Below the pieces are notes generated by a model. It saw only the letters and a program-made list of their open reading frames with translations. It was not told where the DNA came from and ran no database searches. From assembly GCA_965221905.1 (NCBI GenBank), contig OZ244922.1, forward strand, positions 352,001 to 416,000: a stretch of 64,000 nucleotides of DNA, in the 5' to 3' direction. This document shows, piece after piece, positions 59,716-64,000 of the stretch (position 1 is the first letter of the stretch; the number at the start of each line of letters is the position of its first letter). The translations under genes were made by a program, and so were the position numbers. The stretch is from Chloroflexota bacterium. GTDB taxonomy: Bacteria > Chloroflexota > UBA11872 > VXOZ01.

Positions 59716-62421
59716 ATGAGCCAAGCGGAGGAGCCGGCATCTGCGCCGAAGTCGATGTCTGCGACTGAGTCGAAGTCTGTGACGGAGTCGGCGTCTGCAA
59801 CAGAGCCGGCGTCTACGACGAAGTCGGCGATTGCAACAGAGCCGGCAACGACGGGTGAGGTAGAAACCCCTGCGGATGCGCCAGCGGAAGCCGCCGCAAC
59901 GGAGGCCTCGGTGGACGTTGCCCAAGAGGAAGTCGCGGCTACCGTCGACCAAGTGGAAGAGAAAGCGGTCTCTCAAGACTACCAGCCGCAGGAATTCGAG
60001 CAGGCGTGGCAGGCGCAGTGGCGCGAAACGAAACTCTATAAGACTGAGGATGATACTTCGAAGAAATCATTCTACTGTCTTGACTTCTTCCCGTATCCTT
60101 CGGGTGACGGCCTTTCGGTCGGTCACGGCCACAACTATATTCCGACAGACGTAATCTCCCGCCACATGCGCATGCGCGGTTTCAACGTGCTGCATCCTAT
60201 GGGCTGGGACGCCTTCGGCTTGCCCGCCGAGAACCGCGCCCGCGATACGGGCATCGCGCCCCGGCTGACCGTAGACCAAAACACCGCCAATTACAAACGC
60301 CAACTCGATCTCATCGGCTGTTCTTACGATTGGGACCGCGAGATCGACTCCAGCGCGCCGGAATACTACAAGTTCACCCAGTGGCTTTTCCTGATGATCC
60401 ACCGCCGCGGCCTGGCCTATAAGGCCAAGGGCCAACAGTGGTGGTGCCCCTCGTGTCAGACCATCCTGGCGAACGAGCAGGTGCACGACGGCCGCTGCTG
60501 GCGCTGCGACTTCTTGGTAGAAAAGAAGAGTCTGGAGCAGTGGTATTTCAGCATTACCAAGTATGCGGATCGCTTGCTCAACGATTTGGATAAGTTGGAC
60601 TGGCCGGAATCTACCAAAGAGATGCAGCGCAACTGGATCGGCCGCAGCGAGGGTACGGAGGCGGTCTTTCTCACGGAGTTCGGCGATGAGCTGCGGGTCT
60701 TCACCACGCGCGCCGATACGCTCTTTGGCGCTATGTTCATGGTGCTGGCCCCGGAGCACGAGCTCGTAGGGAAGCTCACCAAGCCGGATCAACAGGAGGC
60801 CGTAGACCGTTACGTGGCCACCGCCGCGCGCACGGCAGAGACTGAGCGCCAATCCACCGAACGCGATAAGACCGGAGTTTTCACCGGTTCCTACGCGATA
60901 AATCCGGTGAATGACGAGCACATCCCCATTTGGATCGCCGACTACGTGCTCGTAACCTATGGCACCGGCGCAATCATGGCCGTGCCCGCCCACGACCAGC
61001 GAGACTTCGAATTTGCGCAGAAGTTCGGCTTGGACGTGCGCGTGGTCGTGCAACCACCGTATGAGGTCGATTGGGATGTCTCGGACGCCTACGAGGGCGA
61101 GGGCACGCTGGTCAACTCCGGCAGCTTCGACAGTGAAACATCCACAGTAGGTGGAGAAAAGATAACGGAGTGGCTGAAAGAGCGCGAGTTGGGCGGCGTA
61201 AAGGTGCAATACCGCATGCGCGACTGGTTGATCTCGCGCCAGCGCTACTGGGGCGCGCCCATTCCCATGGTCAAGTGCCCCAAGTGCGGCTGGGTGGAGA
61301 TGCCGACGCCGAAGCTGCCGGTGTTGTTGCCGGAGATCGCGGACTTTCAACCGACGGGCGACGGCCGCTCGCCGCTCGCCAAAGTGGGCTCATTCATGGC
61401 CACCACGTGCCCTGATTGCGGCGGTCCCGCCGAGCGCGAGACGGACACGATGGACGGCTTTGCGTGCTCGTCGTGGTACTTCCTGCGTTTCGCCGACCCC
61501 CATAACGATGAACTGCCCTTTGGCTTGGACAAGGCGCGCTACTGGCTGCCGGTAGACCTCTACGTCGGCGGCGCCGAACACGCCACCATGCACCTGATCT
61601 ACGCGCGCTTCTGGACTAAGGTCATCAAAGACGCGATGCTCATCGACTTCAACGAGCCGTTTGCAAAGCTGCGGCATCAGGGCGTAGTTTTGGCCCCGGA
61701 CGGCAGCAGAATGTCGAAGAGTCGCGGCAATGTCATCGGTCCGGACGAAATGGTGGAGGCGCACGGCGTAGATGCTTTGCGCGTGTACGAACTCTTCATG
61801 GGTCCCTTCGACCAGAACATTAGCTGGAACAGCGAGGGCATTTCCGGGTCTCGCCGTTGGCTGGTGCGGGTGTGGAACATGCTGCTTGGCCGCGTTGAGC
61901 AGGGCAGCGATCCTCTGCCCGTTAACAAAGCTGAGCCGGAACTGACGCGCTGGATCAATCGCGTGATCAAACGCGCTGACGAGGACATCGACGCGCTCAA
62001 GTTCAACACCATGATCGCGTACTTCATGGAGTTCACGAATTGGCTCTACAAGGTATACACGCCGGAGTTGGCGGCTACCGAGACCTGGAAGCAGGCCATG
62101 GATCAGTTCCTCTTCGTGCTGGCGCCGGTAGCGCCTCACTTGGCCGAAGAAGTCTGGGAGCGCTGGGGGCACGAATACTCCGTCCACCAGCAGGATTGGC
62201 CGGAATTCGACGAGTCGCTCATCCACGAGGAGACGTTTACCCTCGTTATCCAGGTGAACGGTAAGGTGCGCGACACCATCGAGGCCAGCGTTGCGCTGGA
62301 TGAGGAAGGCGCTCGTGAACTGGCGCTAGAGAGCGAGCGCGTGCAGCAGTTCCTGAACGGCCAGGAAGTGAAGCTGGTGAAGTACGTGCCCGGCCGCTTG
62401 ATTAACGTGGTGGTGGGCTAA
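59716..62421 (+). CDS. leuS: Leucine--tRNA ligase with low-complexity N-terminal extension
   Basis: FPYPSGDGLSVGH, MGWDAFGLPAEN, GTGAIMAVPAHDQRD, DWLISRQRYWG, GGAEHA, RMSKS, QVNGKVR. Confidence 0.97.
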   Translation: MSQAEEPASAPKSMSATESKSVTESASATEPASTTKSAIATEPATTGEVETPADAPAEAAATEASVDVAQEEVAATVDQVEEKAVSQDYQPQEFEQAWQAQWRETKLYKTEDDTSKKSFYCLDFFPYPSGDGLSVGHGHNYIPTDVISRHMRMRGFNVLHPMGWDAFGLPAENRARDTGIAPRLTVDQNTANYKRQLDLIGCSYDWDREIDSSAPEYYKFTQWLFLMIHRRGLAYKAKGQQWWCPSCQTILANEQVHDGRCWRCDFLVEKKSLEQWYFSITKYADRLLNDLDKLDWPESTKEMQRNWIGRSEGTEAVFLTEFGDELRVFTTRADTLFGAMFMVLAPEHELVGKLTKPDQQEAVDRYVATAARTAETERQSTERDKTGVFTGSYAINPVNDEHIPIWIADYVLVTYGTGAIMAVPAHDQRDFEFAQKFGLDVRVVVQPPYEVDWDVSDAYEGEGTLVNSGSFDSETSTVGGEKITEWLKERELGGVKVQYRMRDWLISRQRYWGAPIPMVKCPKCGWVEMPTPKLPVLLPEIADFQPTGDGRSPLAKVGSFMATTCPDCGGPAERETDTMDGFACSSWYFLRFADPHNDELPFGLDKARYWLPVDLYVGGAEHATMHLIYARFWTKVIKDAMLIDFNEPFAKLRHQGVVLAPDGSRMSKSRGNVIGPDEMVEAHGVDALRVYELFMGPFDQNISWNSEGISGSRRWLVRVWNMLLGRVEQGSDPLPVNKAEPELTRWINRVIKRADEDIDALKFNTMIAYFMEFTNWLYKVYTPELAATETWKQAMDQFLFVLAPVAPHLAEEVWERWGHEYSVHQQDWPEFDESLIHEETFTLVIQVNGKVRDTIEASVALDEEGARELALESERVQQFLNGQEVKLVKYVPGRLINVVVG

Positions 62422-62792
62422 TCTCGCGCTGTACCAATTAGGCGTCGATGCGACAGGTGTTTGGCCCAGTGTTGCTAGACGTTGAGCGAATTGTAGCCTT
62501 GCGTACTTTTCCGTCGGCGCATAACTCTATATTCTGGACGTAGGCAACAGGTTGGTTTACTTTGACTGCCTTGAGCACTTCCAGTGCTGGGACTGACGAA
62601 GTCGCCTGTTGCAGACGGTTGAGCAGGTGTCCAATCCGTTCGCCCCCGTATCGTGTCGATACGCTGTATCGAGTACGGGGCAGGCTCTGAGCCTGGTTGT
62701 CCTGAGCTTGACGAAGGGTCGAAGGGCGGGTAATTGGGCGGTAAGCCTGCTGGAGACAAAAGAAAGTGCAATGGCTGAAGAGGAGAATACCC

Positions 62793-63356
62793 ATGCGGAG
62801 CCGAAATCTACTTCACGGCCTTGCCAGCGGCGCTGCGGCTGTCGGACTGAGCGCGTGCAGCCAGTCGCTGGTTGGAACCCAGAGCGCCCCGCCACTCGCC
62901 GGTGAGCTTCCCGTGCTCGGCAAAGCGCCGGAGATCAGCTCGACGACGTGGATCAACTCGGAGCCCATTACGCTGGCTAGTCTGCAGGGCAATTCAGCCG
63001 TTGGGATTGCCTTCTGGACCTACGGCTGAATTAACTGCCGAAACGATATCCCCGGTCTGGTGGATATACATGAAACCTACGCGGACGATAGCTTCAAGTT
63101 GATCAGCATTCATACGCCGGAGTTTAGCCACGAAAAGCAATTGGAAAACGTGCGCAATGCCGTGGAACGGCTGGGCGTGCCGTATCCCGTTGCCATCGAT
63201 AACGACTTCAAGGTGTGGCGCGCTTTCGGCAACCGCGCTTGGCCGACCCTCTACCTTATCGACCGCCAAGGCGACGTGCGTCTCGCAAAGGTCGGCGAAG
63301 GCCGCTTCGGCGTAGTGCGCAGCGCGATCGAATACCTCAAGGAAAATGAAGCCTAG
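62793..63356 (+). CDS. Redoxin (DipZ/TlpA-like thioredoxin fold) lipoprotein, probable selenoprotein (UxxC)
   Basis: Two same-frame ORFs joined by TGA 63027-63029 give FWTYG-U-INC, matching FWTYSCINC; also IHTPEF, IDND, AWPTLYLID, LSAC lipobox and AGGAG RBS. Confidence 0.85.
63046..63067 (+). promoter_or_regulatory. Candidate bacterial SECIS hairpin
   Basis: ATATCC-CC-GGTCT-GG-T-GGATAT; GGUCU loop starts 25 nt after the UGA, similar to the fdhF SECIS apical loop. Confidence 0.65.
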
Positions 63357-63578
63357 GAGTTTTTTCAAGGGATCAGGAACCCTCAGCACTTCATCCAGGT
63401 TCCTACTGAGTTGAGCGACCTTTTATATTATTTAGTTGCTACTTCTAGGTGTCATTCCGAGCGGAGCGAGGAATCTAGAGCCTCCGAACACTAGGCACCC
63501 CTTCTTTCCAATTCCCAAGACAAAAAAGTGTAGCGCGGGGGCTTGTCCCCCGCTAACTATTCTCACCAGATCACAATC

Positions 63579-64000
63579 ATGCGTCTTGCTGCCCTCGCGG
63601 ACATTCACGGTAACATCTATGCATTAGAAGCGGTGCTGGCGGATCTCAGGCGCCAAGCGCCGGATGTGGTCGTGGTGCTGGGCGATAGCGTTATAAAATT
63701 CCCGCAGAATCGTGAAGTGCTGGCTGCGTTGGACGCCCTCCCACACGTCGGCATTGCCGGGAATATGGAACGGGGGTTGCAGACGCTGCTCGGAGACGAG
63801 TGCGCCGATCTGACGCAGTACGACTCCGGTAAAGGTGCCACGTACCTCAAGCAGCAGGCACTCGCGGAGCTCGGCAAGCAGCGTGTGGCGCGGTTTCGGG
63901 AATTGCCTGCCGAGCGTTCTTTGTCTCTGCTTGGGGATGAGGATACGCTGCTTTGTCACGGCTCTCCCGGACATCTCACCGAGGCGATTTATCCCGCGCC
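63579..64000 (+). CDS. Metallophosphoesterase (YfcE-like), 3' end outside window
   Basis: MRLAALADIHGN, LGD, GN, CHGSP. Confidence 0.88.
   Translation, partial: MRLAALADIHGNIYALEAVLADLRRQAPDVVVVLGDSVIKFPQNREVLAALDALPHVGIAGNMERGLQTLLGDECADLTQYDSGKGATYLKQQALAELGKQRVARFRELPAERSLSLLGDEDTLLCHGSPGHLTEAIYPA

Noticed and set aside
60108-60130. Inactive LeuRS because HIGH reads SVGH
   Set aside because: All other motifs are intact, and SVGH is a natural variant to my knowledge

Overview
A 64-kb, high-GC bacterial chromosomal segment. It is probably from a Chloroflexota bacterium, and possibly a host-associated or sponge symbiont; this is inferred from the SVGH-type LeuRS, the plant-type LRR protein, the catabolic paralog expansion and the repeat families. 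Housekeeping genes (ftsZ, a parA-like ATPase, thiE, mnmG, rplY, purE/purK, a half purH, tatB, moaB, leuS) are mixed with catabolic and transport genes. There are two near-identical IS5 copies, IS110 and IS5-family remnants, defence-like nucleases/ATPases, and many nested palindromic repeats. No rRNA, tRNA or CRISPR array was seen. The most notable items are: (1) a ParA/Soj ATPase overlapping an ftsZ that lies outside the dcw cluster and has a basic N-terminal extension, with no parB; (2) a TatB fused to a four-Cys V4R/ATC-hydrolase-like domain; (3) a UxxC redoxin lipoprotein with an in-frame TGA and an fdhF-like SECIS hairpin, likely a selenoprotein; (4) a decaying protein of about 40 plant-type LRRs, split by IS5 and a nonsense codon; (5) a triplicated Ldh_2 gene; (6) hairpin elements nested inside one another, plus REP tandem arrays; (7) a recurring noncoding motif that may be orphan IS110 left ends. 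All calls come from reading the sequence only; no database search was run.
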